Origin: Balanoglossus misakiensis
Taxonomy: Eukaryota; Animalia; Hemichordata
NCBI GenBank assembly: GCA_040954595.2
Contig: CM082580.2
Location: forward strand, 5,756,783 to 5,820,782
Length of the DNA: 64,000 nucleotides
Reading direction: 5' to 3'
The number at the start of each line of letters is the position of its first letter. The first letter of the stretch is position 1. The notes beneath the pieces were generated by a model. The model was given only the letters and a program-made list of their open reading frames with translations. It was not told the origin of the DNA and did not search any database. Both the position numbers and the translations under genes were made by a program. Of the stretch, positions 1-13,579 are shown one piece after another.

Positions 1-649
1 GGCCGATGACCGAATACATGTGTATCCTGAAGCTTTTATCAAGTTGAATATATATCTGCATTATTGCGAATTGTACTGTACAGAATTTATATTACCCGTA
101 AGTTGTATGCCCTTTCCGCGATCCCACTGTTAAGTTTCAGAGATGATACATGTAGTATGCTTTAACATCGCGTTTGGTCCGAGTTGCTTCGAAATTCTAC
201 TTAATGTATGAAGCATTCGTAATACATGTACTTACTTAGGGCCTAAAGAGATTGTTCTAATTTTTCTGCGTGTCTTGTCGTTCGTTCCGTATGGCAACAT
301 CATGGCACCTTTTTGCCCCTCACTGATTTATTTGGTGTTTGCTTTATACACATTTCAACATTATAATAATGTCAATAACTTATATTATTCATTATCAATC
401 TCCGAGTCTTCTTACTCTCCCCCGATGATCAAATTAAAATGTTGACACTGTGTCTCTATAGCAGCTTTGTTCCACTCCAAAAAGTCTGAATTCAAGTTAT
501 GTTCATAAACTATGAAAAATGAAAGGATGACATCAGATGATCGAAGGCAATATTAATGATTTATTTTTTGGGGTGTGTTTTCTCTCACTTGTCAGCGGAG
601 TTGTGACGATCGACTGTTCGAGGTGTATAACATCGCAGGACTGCCTACA

Positions 650-1225
650 ATGGATTTGAAATCGTTTCTGTTCAAAGCCAAAGCCGAAGAATACGAGTTG
701 CATTTCCATTCCCGCGCTCACTACGTAAGCGCCAATTACTACGAGACCCTCGATCGACGACTGACTTACTTCAAAGCTGGGTGCGCTGCTATCGGCGCGG
801 CGGCCGGCGGGAAGGTCGTAGTTTCTGTCCAATCAACATCGGCGGCGTACCGCGGTGTCCGGCCAGCAGCGAAGATTGTGTTCTTGGTGTCCGTTGTCGC
901 GGTGGCACTGACCCAACTGTACAGCACCCAGCACGACCCGGGGAAGAAGCAGCATCTCCACAGGACAACGGCTTGTCAGATGAAGGCGCTGAGGAAGAAG
1001 GTCGGGGCGTGGATCACCACAATTCCCAACTCTGCCACTGGCAAAGAGAATCAAAATATGCTCCTGAAACAGTACAACGAATTTATTGACGAGCATCAAA
1101 GAATTGACGAGCACGTCTGTAGTGAAGACTGGACTTACTGTGAAGTGCACCAAACTCTGTCTGAGAAGTGGAAAGGAAGGGGAAAGGAGTTGGGAAAGTT
1201 CTTTCCGGAAAAAAAGCAAAAATGA
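650..1225 (+). CDS. SLATT-like two-TM effector-domain protein, paralog 1 (191 aa, uninterrupted ORF)
   Basis: ATG at 650 (MDLKSF...). Motifs YELHFHSRAHYVSANYYETLD, two hydrophobic segments (GCAAIGAAAGGKVVVSV; IVFLVSVVAVALTQL), then HDPGKKQHLHRTTACQMKALRKK and SEDWTY. All are shared with the ORFs at 13580 and 15730. The pattern AH[FY]xxAxx[YW] - TM - TM - PxxxxxxHxxAxxxxxxLR matches my recollection of bacterial SLATT domains. Confidence 0.75.
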   Translation: MDLKSFLFKAKAEEYELHFHSRAHYVSANYYETLDRRLTYFKAGCAAIGAAAGGKVVVSVQSTSAAYRGVRPAAKIVFLVSVVAVALTQLYSTQHDPGKKQHLHRTTACQMKALRKKVGAWITTIPNSATGKENQNMLLKQYNEFIDEHQRIDEHVCSEDWTYCEVHQTLSEKWKGRGKELGKFFPEKKQK

Positions 1226-1429
1226 AGATTTTGTTTTGCGTTACCTACCCGTGCACGTTCTTCAATAAGAGTGCTTGAATGTATGAAAATCACACTGAAC
1301 CAAATTCAACAGACGATTTTCCTCTCACTGTGAGATGTCGCGAGACTTTGTTAATTATCGTACCAACACTCAACAGGTTGTTAACCAAGTAACACAAGCT
1401 CTTTATGAAATTAGAAAAGGTGCAGAAAA

Positions 1430-2235
1430 GTAAGCGTTTTGCTGGACTCTGCAGATCGTCGGGTTGTTCTAAAATTTCCATGGATGCTTATCGTTTATTT
1501 GTCCGTTTTTATGCGTAGAACACTTACCTGAGCGCATAAGAAAGTTTTCCGCTAGACTTTGTAGATCGTCTGGTTATTCTAAAATTTCCTTTGATGCTTC
1601 TAAACACTTCCGAATCGTTTATTTGTCCGTTTTTATGCGTAGAACACATAGGCCTGAGCGCATAAGAAAGTTTTCCGCTAGACTTTGTAGATCGTCAGAT
1701 TGTTCTAAAATTTCCATGGATGCTTCCAAACACCGTCTCGTTTATTTACCGAATTCCGTTGTTATGCGTAGAACACTTAGGCCTGAGCGCATAAGAAAGT
1801 TTTCCGCTAGACTCTTTAGATCGTCGGGTTGTTCTAAAATTTCCATGGATGCTTCTAAACACCTTGTTTGTTTACGGATTTCCCTTGTTATGCGTAGAAC
1901 ATAGGGACTGTGTGGTAGAACACATAGGCCTGAGCGCATAAGAAAGTTTTCCGCTAGACTTTGTAGATCGTCAGATTGTTCTAAAATTTCCATGGATGCT
2001 TCCAAACACCGTCTCGTTTATTTACCGAATTCCGTTGTTATGCGTAGAACACTTAGGCCTGAGCGCATAAGAAAGTTTTCCGCTAGACTCTTTAGATCGT
2101 CGGGTTGTTCTAAAATTTCCATGGATGCTTCTAAACACCTTGTTTGTTTACGGATTTCCCTTGTTATGCGTAGAACATAGGGACTGTGTGGTAGAACACA
2201 TAGGCCTGAGCGCATAAGAAAGTTTTCCGCTAGAT
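1430..2235. repeat. Tandem repeat with alternating 129/147-bp subunits (276-bp higher-order unit)
   Basis: Core (g)cctgagcgcataagaaagttttccgctaga recurs at ~1526, 1652, 1781, 1928, 2057 and 2204 (spacings 126, 129, 147, 129, 147). Identical ORF translations recur offset by 276 bp. Confidence 0.95.
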
Positions 2236-3065
2236 TTCTTATTCTTTAATGTACAATATGAATAGTATCCAATTTATGCAAATTTGAGATTACGCCACCA
2301 CTATGCATGATGTGTGCAAGTGAAGCTATATGCTTTGGTTGTCAGACTTCGCAACGTGGCCAAAAATCAAGGAAATTACAGCCATTGCATTTTCTGTACC
2401 ATTTTACTATTCTTCATATAAGATCAGTTGATCGATTGATTGATTGATTGAATATGATTCAAACAGGTGCAATTACTACACGGACCCATAAGTTCTGCAA
2501 CAAAAGACCTGTCAATAATGGCAAGGTTCTACTTTTATATTGACATCTGTACAATTTAGCTTGATCAGTTAAAAAAATAAAATTGACTAAAAATTCCTTG
2601 AATTTTCATTAAAAATATCCATGGACGGAATATATATGTATGGCATGTATGACAAGTATTTGTATAGGCTCTATACTCTAAAAAAATTTTTTTAAATTCT
2701 TCAAAGAAGTGCATAAAGATACAAGAAGCCAAGATTGATACACAGAAAAAAAAATACTGAAAACACAGCCAAAAGTTAAAGACAGCGGACATTTAAATTC
2801 ATGACACAAAATGTACATTACCTAAAAACTGACAAGGTTTACACACTCAATGTAAATAATACGAGATCCATACTTGACATCAATATAAACAGTATACATT
2901 TTTAGTACTCCTATGACCTTTTACATGACACAGCTGAAGGCAATGTTCCAAATTTTCATATGATTTTTTTTGTGTGTGAAATACTTTATTATTTAACATT
3001 GGCAAGTAGACTGAATGATGTGAATCCATCCCACGCACACACTCTGTACTGGTTGAGTTGTGGTT

Positions 3066-6035
3066 TTATCTTTTCGCTGCTCTCTGTCTCTGCTTTATGG
3101 CAGGTCTGGCTGCCCTAGCCTGACTTCTTGCTTCCTTTTGCTGTTTAAAAAAAAAGGATTTTGTTCAAAATGTTCAAATGCACAGTCAAGGCGAACGACC
3201 CCTCACTTTAAATTAAATTTTGTTTGAATTGCTGAATGATATGACAAGACGTGGCCGCATTCAGTCAGTGGTCACTTTTGAAAAAGATGGTGCAACAATG
3301 GCAGGTGAAAGGTTAACCATGGATGTCAATGGCTGTAAATGGTGGGCTGGGAGTTAACAATGAACAGAAAATATATTTATCACCTTATAGGAGTGGCACG
3401 CACAGTATTGTATTGTATTGTATTGTATATGTCTTGTATTGTATATGCCTTTGTGATGTCTCCAGAAAATGTGCTGTTGTGTACATTGAGAGGTGATTTC
3501 AATAAAACCATTACTAGGTTTTACATTTAAATCAAAATACTAGAGAATGAAGCCTTAACTTAATGCCAACTTAATGTTAACTTAAGACCAAACTTTTATC
3601 CGTATTTTCCAACCCATTAGTGAAAGTGTTGTGTTATGTTCTAAAAGCAAAGCTTTGACAGATGCAGAACAACTGATATATAAATTCTTATCTGGCAAGT
3701 GGCGAATGGTTCCAGAAAGTTTCTATACATCGGACAACAGAGATGTACTGGGCAGTCAATCAGTGTAAATTACCTACCCTCTCTTGGTAGCGTCTTTCAT
3801 AAAAATCCATGTCACTTTCGCCAGGTCTTTTAAGATGCGACATCTGGTCACTGAGGTGGTCAACTTCGCTGGCCGTAATTTGACCTCTTCTCTGACCACC
3901 TTCCAGCTGATTGATGGTGGACGCATGCATCCTCAGGAACGGGTGGTCGCTGGCACCGATTGGCTGGTTGAGAAACTCCTCGTCAGGAGCACCTGCAAAA
4001 AGCAGAACGTGACGTCCCAGATGGTCAATCGTTGGAGAATGCAATGAGTGTTTGCTGTGTTCATTGGGAAAGTGTGGGGAAAATAATCATAACATGTTGA
4101 AAAATTTAATTTTCCAGTAGGATAGAGATTTCATGTCGCAAAGCATTAGTCTTTAGTCCCCACAGACATAGTCCGGGGGAACTAAAAGATTGCCCTCTGT
4201 CCGACAGTCCGTCCGTCTGTCTGTCTGTTGGGAGCCATTATTCAGACCTGCCTGGACCAATTTCATTCAAACCTTGAACAAAGACAATGTACTTTTAGAA
4301 AATATAGGTGCATGTCAATTGCTTCACAATACGATCAAATATGGCTGCTGGGCGGCCATTTTGTTACAATTTCTGCAGTCCACAGCCCTTACTCAGACGT
4401 GCCACACTTTACTCCAGAGAAGGCAAATCAAATAAAAATTCTAAATCATGAGCCAGTATTAGAAGAAAATCTTCAGCACATTAAAATGGTCGTTAATGAA
4501 CAACTTCTTTTCTTACCAATTCCACTTTCATCCAGTCTCATATAACCCTCCGCCAGCGAGCTGAATCCAGTGATGCCCCCCATTGCCGCATACGGCACGT
4601 CGTATCCAACTGGATGTCCACGCGCCTGTCTCTCTTCCTTGGTTTCGATCAAAGTCTTGTGGTCAAAGGTCGGTCGGCCGCAGCTACAGGTGAAGGAGCT
4701 CTTGAAACCCTCACACTGACATCCTGAGAAACAGAATTGGATGGGTAGGATATATATGCTTGTGTCAGCATAGACATATGGGTAAGGGAACTTCACAGTG
4801 TGTAGATGAACACATGATGTGTAAGAAATAAATATTATTATGTCAAGAATCTTATCCTTGTAGAAATTTATTCACACTGCAATGATCAAGGGATGAACAG
4901 AATCAAAATCTTGTTAATTAGTATGGCACAAGTAATCACTTATAAGTTATATTTGTAAAATTTCACTTTACCAATATGCATGGGCATAATTGAACGAAAA
5001 TAAATTTCCAGTTCATGCACAAATGGTAGAAGTGAAAGGAAATCAAATTGGAGAAATGGTACATTACTGCTGCCTTTTCATATTACATTTTTTTGATTGT
5101 CCATGGGTACCTACCTTTTTTGCACTTGTACGGTCTCATTTCAGAGTGATCATCAGCGAAGTGTTTACACCGACACCTTATCGGCTGGCTGCCATTCAGG
5201 GGGACAAAATGGTAGGTTTTACACTTGCAACCTCTGACCCTGCACGGCACCTGGATCGGTCTGTCGGTGGGCAGTTCGTCGAAATCGGTCTTGTGTTGTT
5301 TGTACCTGAAACAGAACATTACACAGGAAATATTTTGTTTAGACTTCGTTTTGTTCAGTCTTGCAGTTTCTGTCAGTATCGAGAGGTCAAAAGACCTATC
5401 AGAGAAATTACCGTACCCATCTTCATTTTTTTAAATAAATCTGATTTACAGTTTACACACAAGACTGCAGATGCACATAATAATAAATAATAATTGTAAC
5501 GAACCTGTGTGTACAAAAACATGGCGTCTCCGGACCTATCATTTTACAGTCCATTCCACCTGGTGATGTCCAGCTAACATAGAGTCTATTTTTCATTCGC
5601 TTTGTTACCACAGTTTTCTTGTACTTTTCATACTCCTCGGGTGTAAATAATTTGCCATCATCATCTTCGCCTACAATCCTGAGAGAAGTTACAGAGAAGT
5701 TTGGCAAATTAATACCAGCGTTAATTGTTTTTTTCAGGTTTTGCAAAATAAATTATACTCCTGGAAACTGCACTGACAGGTATCCATGAAACGTGTACGT
5801 CTCTCTGTATCATGTTTTTTTCTCCGGCCATTGTTTATCAAAGAGAAGGCAAAATCTGATGAATGAAATGTACAAGCCCCCCCCCCCCCCATTCATAATT
5901 CATTTAAAATTTCACTTCTTATCAATTTTGTCAGGTTAGATCGTTGACCTACTTCTTGTATTCAAAGTATGCATCTACATGAGCAGCGGCTCCGGGTCCG
6001 AAGTTCATATGGTACTGTCTGTCGTCGTCAGCCAT
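3066..6035 (-). CDS. FAM221A: FAM221A (C7orf46-like) protein, 6 coding exons, ~314 aa
   Basis: Exons 6035-5953, 5678-5505, 5305-5115, 4723-4517, 3992-3778, 3140-3066, all GT-AG and phase-compatible. Peptides IVGEDDDGKLFTPEEYE, MDCKMIGPETPCFCTHRYKQHKTD, VPLNGSQPIRCRCKHFAD and YAAMGGITGFSSLAEGYMRLDESGIG match FAM221A. Confidence 0.95.
4148..4370 (+). mobile_element. Probable non-autonomous Helentron/DINE-1-like (HINE) fragment in a FAM221A intron
   Basis: Begins tttagtcccc...gggggaacta (short subterminal inverted repeat), followed by a (gtcc/gtct)n microsatellite and a ggcggccattttg motif. This layout is typical of HINE-like repeats. The ends are not defined. Confidence 0.4.
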
Positions 6036-6894
6036 GGTCTTCTTCGCTCGTCTGTCACCTTGTTGCACCGCCTGTCATATACTACATATACACACACACA
6101 CAAGCCGCAGCTGACCTGACAGTCGAGTTCAACCGACCGATACTGACAAGAAAATCGACCGGGGTAGGTGTACCGACTGTGCGGTTAAAACTGACAGTTA
6201 CGAGTTCACGATTCGCACTAGGCTTCACTTTCATACACTAGCAACCAAAGCGTCAAAAATGGCGGCCTTGGTGAGAGGAATTTACGTATCTCCTCTTTCG
6301 CAATGAAAATTTTATCACTTCATATAACAGGCGTGTTTCTTAAATATAAAAACAGAAACAAAATGAAAAAGGTGTTACTATATAATATCATGTGTTGTGC
6401 ACGATAAATATTTTACGACATTCTTATATCCCAAATTGAATTTTCCGATAAACGTACAAGTGGGAACGAGTGACATGGTGATTACCAAAACGAGGCAGAT
6501 AAACATTTCAAAATGGAGGAACACATAGGCAGGTAATCCGCGAATCTTTCCATCCACTATTTTATCGAATCCGTCCAATTGACTAAGTTCAGTAACATAA
6601 AAGATGGCCCTCCGTCCTGATGTAAGTTAGGACCCGAGCTCTAGACGAGCAGATTTCGATGACAGGCACCGACAGTTGAAAATTCAGTACGGAAACTAGG
6701 GACGCTGCATCACCGGCGTCATCTCCATCCACCTGTTCCCCGTTGCCATCGCAGCGCACGCAGCAACTTGTTGTGGCACATTTCACAGCCCACCGTCTTC
6801 CACAAAATGTCTCGTGTGTGATTTACACAAAGACAAATGACACCAACCACTTCCATTTGCCCAAGTACTCGTTTCAAACTTTAACACTGAGAAC
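6036..6894. promoter_or_regulatory. Bidirectional promoter region between FAM221A and ZSWIM2
   Basis: Divergent ATGs are only ~860 bp apart. The region is CpG-rich, with a YY1-like AAAATGGCGGCC at 6256-6267 and an RFX X-box-like GTTGCCATCGCAGC at 6742-6755. Confidence 0.65.
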
Positions 6895-9800
6895 ATGTCA
6901 CGAAGCGTGCCATGGAGGAGAATTGTAACAGACACGGTGAGCTGGAGACAGGATCAGGCAGAGAGGGCCACTATGTACATCTTGAGGAACGTTGGTCCTA
7001 CGGGATTTCTCTTGCAAGAAGACGGTGAACGAAAAAAATACAAGGTAAGCGGAAACTCGGGCTGTCTAATCTTGTAGTGGCTGTCACTTCATTATCTTTC
7101 TGTATTCTTATTGAAACGAAGTACAAAATGATTACATGTACACTGTATTGTGCAAAGTTTGGAACAATTTTAACATTAAGTTTGACTGTGAGACGATTTT
7201 GTTATTCATTCCGAACTTTGCAAATTGCATGGTAAAATACGCATGGTGCGAAATTAAATGTATTTATAACTGCTCATGTGTTTTTACAGTGAATACATAC
7301 ATGCATTTTGAAACATTATAATATCAAGTTGATTCAGCAACAGTGCTGAACTGTCAACTGATTTGTGATCACACAAATACCAATGATGTAAATTATCTGA
7401 TGCGCATGCAATTCAAACTTGCTCAGCATTCTCCCCAGGACTTTCTGATACAATATGAGATGATTTACATGACACCCCAATTTACTAGTTATGAAAACGA
7501 TTTTGCTCTGAGATATAGATCTACATGTATCTTGTGAACCATATTTCTCTTCTGTAACATGTTCTGTACAATTAATTCCCTTCCCCCTTTCCCCTGACCA
7601 CCATAGGTATTCCTTGGGGACCCTCACAGCTGTACGTGTCAAACGTTCAAGAAGGACAAGGACTTGTGCCAGCACATCTGTTGGGTCATCCTGAAGAAGT
7701 TCCGGGTGCCCCGGCAGAATCCGGTCTCCTTTCAAAAGGGGCTCGTGGAGAGGGAGATCAACGAAATCCTGCGAGGCGTCACGCAGAAGGAGGATCCGCG
7801 GAAGCGGGGACAGGGATTCAACGTCGCGAAAGGCGCCGACAAGAACGCCCCGAAGATCGGCCCGGGTGGCAAGCCAGAGTTGGAGCAGAGACCGATCACC
7901 GAGGACGATATCTGTCCGATCTGTCAGGATGAGTTGTTGGAAAAACACGAACCAGTTACTTACTGCCGGTGAGTTTGTTTGCAGGAGTTCGCAGTCAAAT
8001 GAAGCCACAGTGAATCATTTGTTGTTTTGATTACCAATTTAGGGGCAAATGCTAATTGCTATAATTTATGGAGAGTTGTCAAGCTAATTAAATACCCATA
8101 CCTTTACCATGACCCACAGAGTATCAATTGTTGTTCACAAACTTTAAACTCCCAAGTCATGTACGAGTATGTCATGCATGCCATTATGAAGCCACCTGTT
8201 GATTTCTGAATGTCCACAAAGAAGAGAAGTGTGCACAAGTTTCTTAACTCTCCATGGTTTAACAGCAGTTATATTGTAATTCCGGTACAATGTACTTCAA
8301 AAGCAAGACAAAGCATTCTAAAATACCTGACATACATGACGTTTAAACCAAAATGTGCATTACTGAAGTAAGGGAATGTTAGAATAGCCATGTTTCTCTC
8401 GAATCCAATGAAATAGCAAACCTAATGAAATTTCAACAGCTTAATACATGATATAATTATAACAGCTTGTATGCTAATACAAATATTTCTAATTGGTTAT
8501 TTGAAAGGGGAAAATTACAGGGAAAAACTAGATAACAGTGTCAAAAGTTCAAAACAATAGTATAAATTTATTAATATTGTATATATTCTAACGCTCAAAC
8601 CAGATACGGGTGTGCCAAGAGTATCCACATCAAGTGCATGAAGGTGTGGGCAGAACACCAGAAGTCGTCGGGCGAAACCACCATCCTGTGTCCGCTGTGC
8701 CGAGAAAACTTTGGACCCATTCAGGCACTGGAACAAGAGTACAGGAACTCGTCGGTGAGAAAGACCCGAGCGGAGAGGCTGGATTTACATCTGGGGTCGG
8801 TGTGTAGACGCTGCAGAACGTCACCAATACAGGGCAAATGTTACAGGTGTGGTCATCTTCCTGGGTCTTGTTCAATTTTAGTTTAGTTTTTGTGGTAGAA
8901 AAAGCCCACCCACCCCCCTCATATAAGTATAATGACCCTACTTCAGGTCCAGTAACCCATTTTGAGTAAATCAGTACTTTCTAACTGGCAACCAATAAAG
9001 GGATGCAATCTGAGCCAATTTAGATGTATTCAAATAAAAATATGGGATTGGCTATTTAAATCTACACTTTCCATGGTAATTAGTGCTACATTTGTGCATT
9101 ATAGAACAATTTTGAAGTTGTAACGGAAATTCTACAATTTCTTGATGGAACATGTTTGTAAGTGATGCCAAACAACAAATACAATAAACGTTTCGTCTGT
9201 GATGTTGTTGTGTTGAAAAAACAATGTTCTGGCGAGCAACATTTTAATTCATTATTATACCGGCCGTAACCATTCTCTATCCCTTATCCCACAGGTGTAC
9301 CAACTGTGTTGATTACTGTCTCTGCCAGGGATGCTTTGCTACCAACACGCACATGGAACATTCGTTTCTGTTCAGACAGGTAAACTGCAAGCTTAATCAT
9401 TCAGTCATGAAGAACAATTTGGCAGATTTTGGCAGATACTTTGTTAAGTGTGGGTATATTTGAGATAATTTGATTCTTTTCATAAAATAAATGGCAATAC
9501 CTTCAGTGGCATGCATAAGTCAGCTATATAGGTACATGTAAATGGAGGATGGAATGGTTACACTAACTTGAACTTTTGAGTTACAGTTTGCAGTACTAGT
9601 GTAGGTGTTGTGTGTTTTTGTTCTTCATCTCAAATATACCTTCATTTTTTAACCCTTTTGTGTCACCCGAAAGAAATCAACACAGCGCTGGAGGCCAGCG
9701 GAGAGAGGGTCAGGCACAATTCTACCGACAGCAGTCGCCAGTGATTTGCAAAACAGAGAACTTTCGGCCGAAGACTATGATCTGTTACTGCAACTTGACA

Positions 9801-12800
9801 GGTAAGAATATTTCAAACCCTTTGACAGTCTGCACTAAAATTGTTCGAAATTTAGACAATGATGGTGAGAAAATGCCACACATGCACATTTACATTGTCA
9901 CATAACCAGAAATATTTCCCAAACAAGATTTTTGTATGGATTGCAAGTCACTGTACCAATTGTACTCTGGTAATAGTGACTCTATATTCCTCTTGTATGC
10001 TGTAAACTCATGAATTTGCTCTTCAGATATTATAACACCAACAACTGCATTTGTTGTTGTTGCATATTCATCAGTCAGTGAAAAAAGACAATTCTAAAAC
10101 CCACAGCGAAGAACTATAGTATTTTAACATGTGGATCTAATAATTGCAGATTTGTTTCTTATATAACAAATAGGAAATAGCAAAAAGAAAATGTTACTGT
10201 AGAGTGTTTAATTTACATTCTAAACACAACACAACACAACACAAAATATATTCAATGATTATGAATCTATGATAAATTTATACAATGTGTCTTGATGTCT
10301 TGCCGCTTTCAGACAGCAAGCTGAGGGTGACACCACCTTGCCTGAATACCTAGTACAGGCACTACCAAGCCAAACTATCAGACACGGCAGTATGTTGCTG
10401 TCTCCCGGTGCGCAGTGCAGGATATGTTTGAGAACCTACAGCACGGGACAGCTTGTCAAGAGACTGCCATGTAGACACGAGGTATTATTCAAGAAATCAT
10501 TTGCAAGTTGCTTATTATAGTTGCTGACCTAGATTTCTTACAAGGAGATGTTTGTCTTTGAGAAACACCTGTATGTATTAATACTCGAGTGGTAATTCTG
10601 TTGAAAGGGGATTAAATTTTTGTCATTTTCATATGACTTCGTGTATAGAACATAAAAACACATAAAATGTTTAATAGTTTGTGAAATTTAAAGGGAATCT
10701 TAGCTCAGTATTGTCTCTGCGAGTGTTGACAAATGCACAGGACAAGAATCTTTCAGTCTACCGTATGACCAGATCTGAGCATTTATTTCATGTGTGTCAA
10801 GTCTCTTCTGTGCTTTGTTTCCCAGTTCCACGGCAGCTGTATCAACCAGTGGCTGCTCCACCAGCGAGGCACCTGCCCCGTGGACGGCACCAACATGTAC
10901 ACTGCAATCCGGGAGGCCGTGGAAAACGCCCGGGCCCGCAGAGCGCAGCGACAGCAGACCTCGGCCAGCAACGCGGCAGACAGGCACCCGGAAGACGCCA
11001 ACAACAGCGCAGTGCAGCTGGAGATTCCGGGCGTCGGAATCGCGAGGTTGCGGGGCGGTATTCTAAGCGTAAGGCAGACGAGGGCCGTCAGGGATGACAG
11101 AGCCCATGCGGCAAGCGACAGTGAGAGTTTGGAATCGACATTTACATTGACAGGGTCCGGGTATGGTAGCCGACAGACTTCAAGGTAAAAGACTTTACAT
11201 TGATGTTCTACAGATTTTTACTTTACAGCTTTACAGTCTTTCTGACCAATCAGTGTAAATTCTGGAGTTGATCTGTGGACAGTGGGCAACTATACAGGCG
11301 CCCTCTAGTGACCACTACCTGAACGAGGCTGAACTGTAGCACTGCAACTTCTTTTCCTTTATTGTCAAATACAATACTTTTAAGGTACAGAAAACAATTG
11401 TCTAAAACAAAGGAAAGTTATCAATGAAAATGAGTACAGTTTAGGCTCAGATAAACAAAAATTGTATCAAAAATTGAAAAGAGGACATCTGTATTTATAA
11501 GGCAGAGTTCATGGTGCATGTTGTAGTTCAATTGCAGCATACAAGCGCAGCTTTTCCAGGTCATAGTAGTTTCAGGATGTGCAAAGATCATAAAGCCCAA
11601 GAGAGCATACTCTCGCATCAGATGTGCCATCCAAAACCAAAATTTATTTAGATCAGAGACAAGTTGACTTTCTCATTCGAAATTTTGCCAGCGACCTCTG
11701 ATTTTTATTCTCATCTTTAAGAGAGAATAATCTACATTTGTCTTGAGGGAAAATATAATTATTAGGAAAGATTAAAAACTTTGTTTTTAGAGAAGAGTAG
11801 AATTAATATCGTGTTTAGATTCCATCTGTTTGTTAATGTGCACAGATTTAATGTAGAAATACACATCTTCTTCCTTGACAGTGCACAAGACCTTGTTCGG
11901 AGCAACAGCACCTCGTCTTTGACGAGCCTCAGAAGAGGAAGTCAAACCCCACCCAGGACTCTCAGGGAGGCTGCCACCCCGCCGCAGTCAAGGGAAACAG
12001 AAAGAACTACTCTGAGGCAGACCAGTGTGAATTCTAGAACGGGTGATGCATCGCCTCATGCGCCGCAGGCGAATGACAGGGTGCCAGTCCCGCCTTCCAT
12101 CCCACTGCCCCACACGGTGGACATCGCCCCCCTGCTCGACGACATACTCGGGGTTCCAGACAGAGGGACCAACAGGATGCCCCAGCCCAGGGGACGACTG
12201 CAACATCACCACCACCCGGCCCACATCGCCCCGCCGTCAGCCGAGAGAAACGACACCGCCCCGTCCATTCCCCTCCCCAGGGAGGAGGAGAGCATGAGGG
12301 CGACCGTGCAGGGACTGCATCCGAGCGCCGCAAGTCCGGTCAGCGGGCGGCCGCCACTGCCCAGACGGGCGCAGGAAGCCAGGAACCAGTCGGGCGGCGC
12401 GGAGCAGGACGCCAGGGACAGAGGGCGGCTCAGGCACAGACACCAAGCGCAAGAGAGGCGGAGAAGCGCCAGTGGGAGGCTTGGATCAGTAGAACGGCCA
12501 AGCTCAGCGGCTAGGCTGGAGGTACATGATCTTCTGTAATTTCCGCTCAAGTTGACAAATGTGCACATTTTGTAACGAGAGGGCATCACAGTCCAGTGGT
12601 TACAGAGCGTACTCCTGATCGGAGGGTCGTGGGTTCGAGCCCTTGGGATGGTTGTGGCATTGTGTCCTTGAGCCAGGCACTTTACTTCTCTTTGCTTCTC
12701 CCCACACAGGAATGATGGATACCTGGTTGGACAGAGATATGTGTGTTTAGCTCTGCTGTGCTAATATAACAGCTCACACGAGGGAGCTGAATGGAATTAA

Positions 12801-13114
12801 ACTAGGTCCATGACCAATGACTAGGGATAATAATTGTAAACTTCCTTTTGAGCACATATTTATCTGTGAATTCACTGTTATCATCATCCTTGTTATTATT
12901 TCAGCTGCTGGAAAGTTTATTCCTGGGCACGGGAGGCGCAGGGGTGGTGCTGGAGCACAGCCGAGCCAATAATAGCCAGAACAAGAGGCGAGCCAAGAAG
13001 CCAGTCCGAAACGCAGCTGACAATCCCCAAACGGCTTTGAGGGACGCAGAGACCAGTGGCATTGTCCTGTCGGGTAGCGCTCTATCTACGCTCACTCTGC
13101 ACGACAGACAGTGA
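6895..13114 (+). CDS. ZSWIM2: E3 ubiquitin ligase ZSWIM2 (SWIM, RING, ZZ, RING, long disordered C-terminus), 9 coding exons, ~781 aa
   Basis: Exons 6895-7044, 7607-7968, 8604-8846, 9295-9379, 9674-9801, 10313-10481, 10826-11184, 11882-12521, 12905-13114, all phase-compatible. Motifs SWRQDQA...GPTGFLL, VFLGDPHSCTC...LCQHICWVILKKF (SWIM), CPICQDEL...YGCAKSIHIKCMKVW...CPLCR (RING), CRRC...CYRCTNC (ZZ), CRICL...LPCRHEFHGSCINQWL...CPVD (RING). AATAAA near 13294. Confidence 0.93.
12585..12890 (+). mobile_element. tRNA-derived SINE in the last ZSWIM2 intron
   Basis: Pol III A-box-like gtccagtggtta and B-box ggttcgagccc, followed by the common SINE core tgtgtccttgagccaggcacttta and an L2-like tail (tgtaaa...tgagcac...ttatcatcat). 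No intact cloverleaf. Confidence 0.7.
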
Positions 13115-13579
13115 TAGGTTTGGAATTAACCCACCGACGTCGAGTGAAACATGAAAGGGGAACTTACACTTTCTCTCCAGATATTCCACAAATCCAGCGT
13201 GTTTCCATTAATAGTTTGCAAGCGTGCCAATATATCCCATTGTGCCTTTGTCTGACTTCTACATTCACGGAATTTGTAAATAATTTGTATATCAATAAAA
13301 AGAAATCAAATGTCTTTGTGTTTACCCATACAATGTGTTCATTAGTCAACCAATTAGAAAATACAATTTGGAGTTACAGTTCACTGTGCAGCCATGGTAA
13401 AGCTGTAAGCTCATTTTAAGGGACCATTATTAATGCACAAAAATAGCAGCTATTGAGGGTCATTTTGATAGCCATTTGATTCAATTTTGAAATACGGCAG
13501 AGCTGTTGATATTTTAGAGTAAAATTTCAAATGTTTCATTGTTGACTTCCACAGGTATCCTCTGACGCCAAGGTATATA

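Noticed and set aside
575-649. N-terminal extensions in the ORF track (575, 14443, 35955)
   Set aside because: 575 and 14443 are not supported by paralog alignment, and all three run through probable splice acceptors into intron-like sequence. Downstream ATGs were preferred.
1430-2235. CRISPR-like array or repeat-protein ORFs
   Set aside because: Units are 126-147 bp, the intervening sequence is itself repeated, there are no cas genes and the context is eukaryotic. The ORFs are by-products of the repeat.
12585-12660. tRNA gene
   Set aside because: A/B boxes are present but there is no complete cloverleaf, and the sequence continues into a SINE core and tail.
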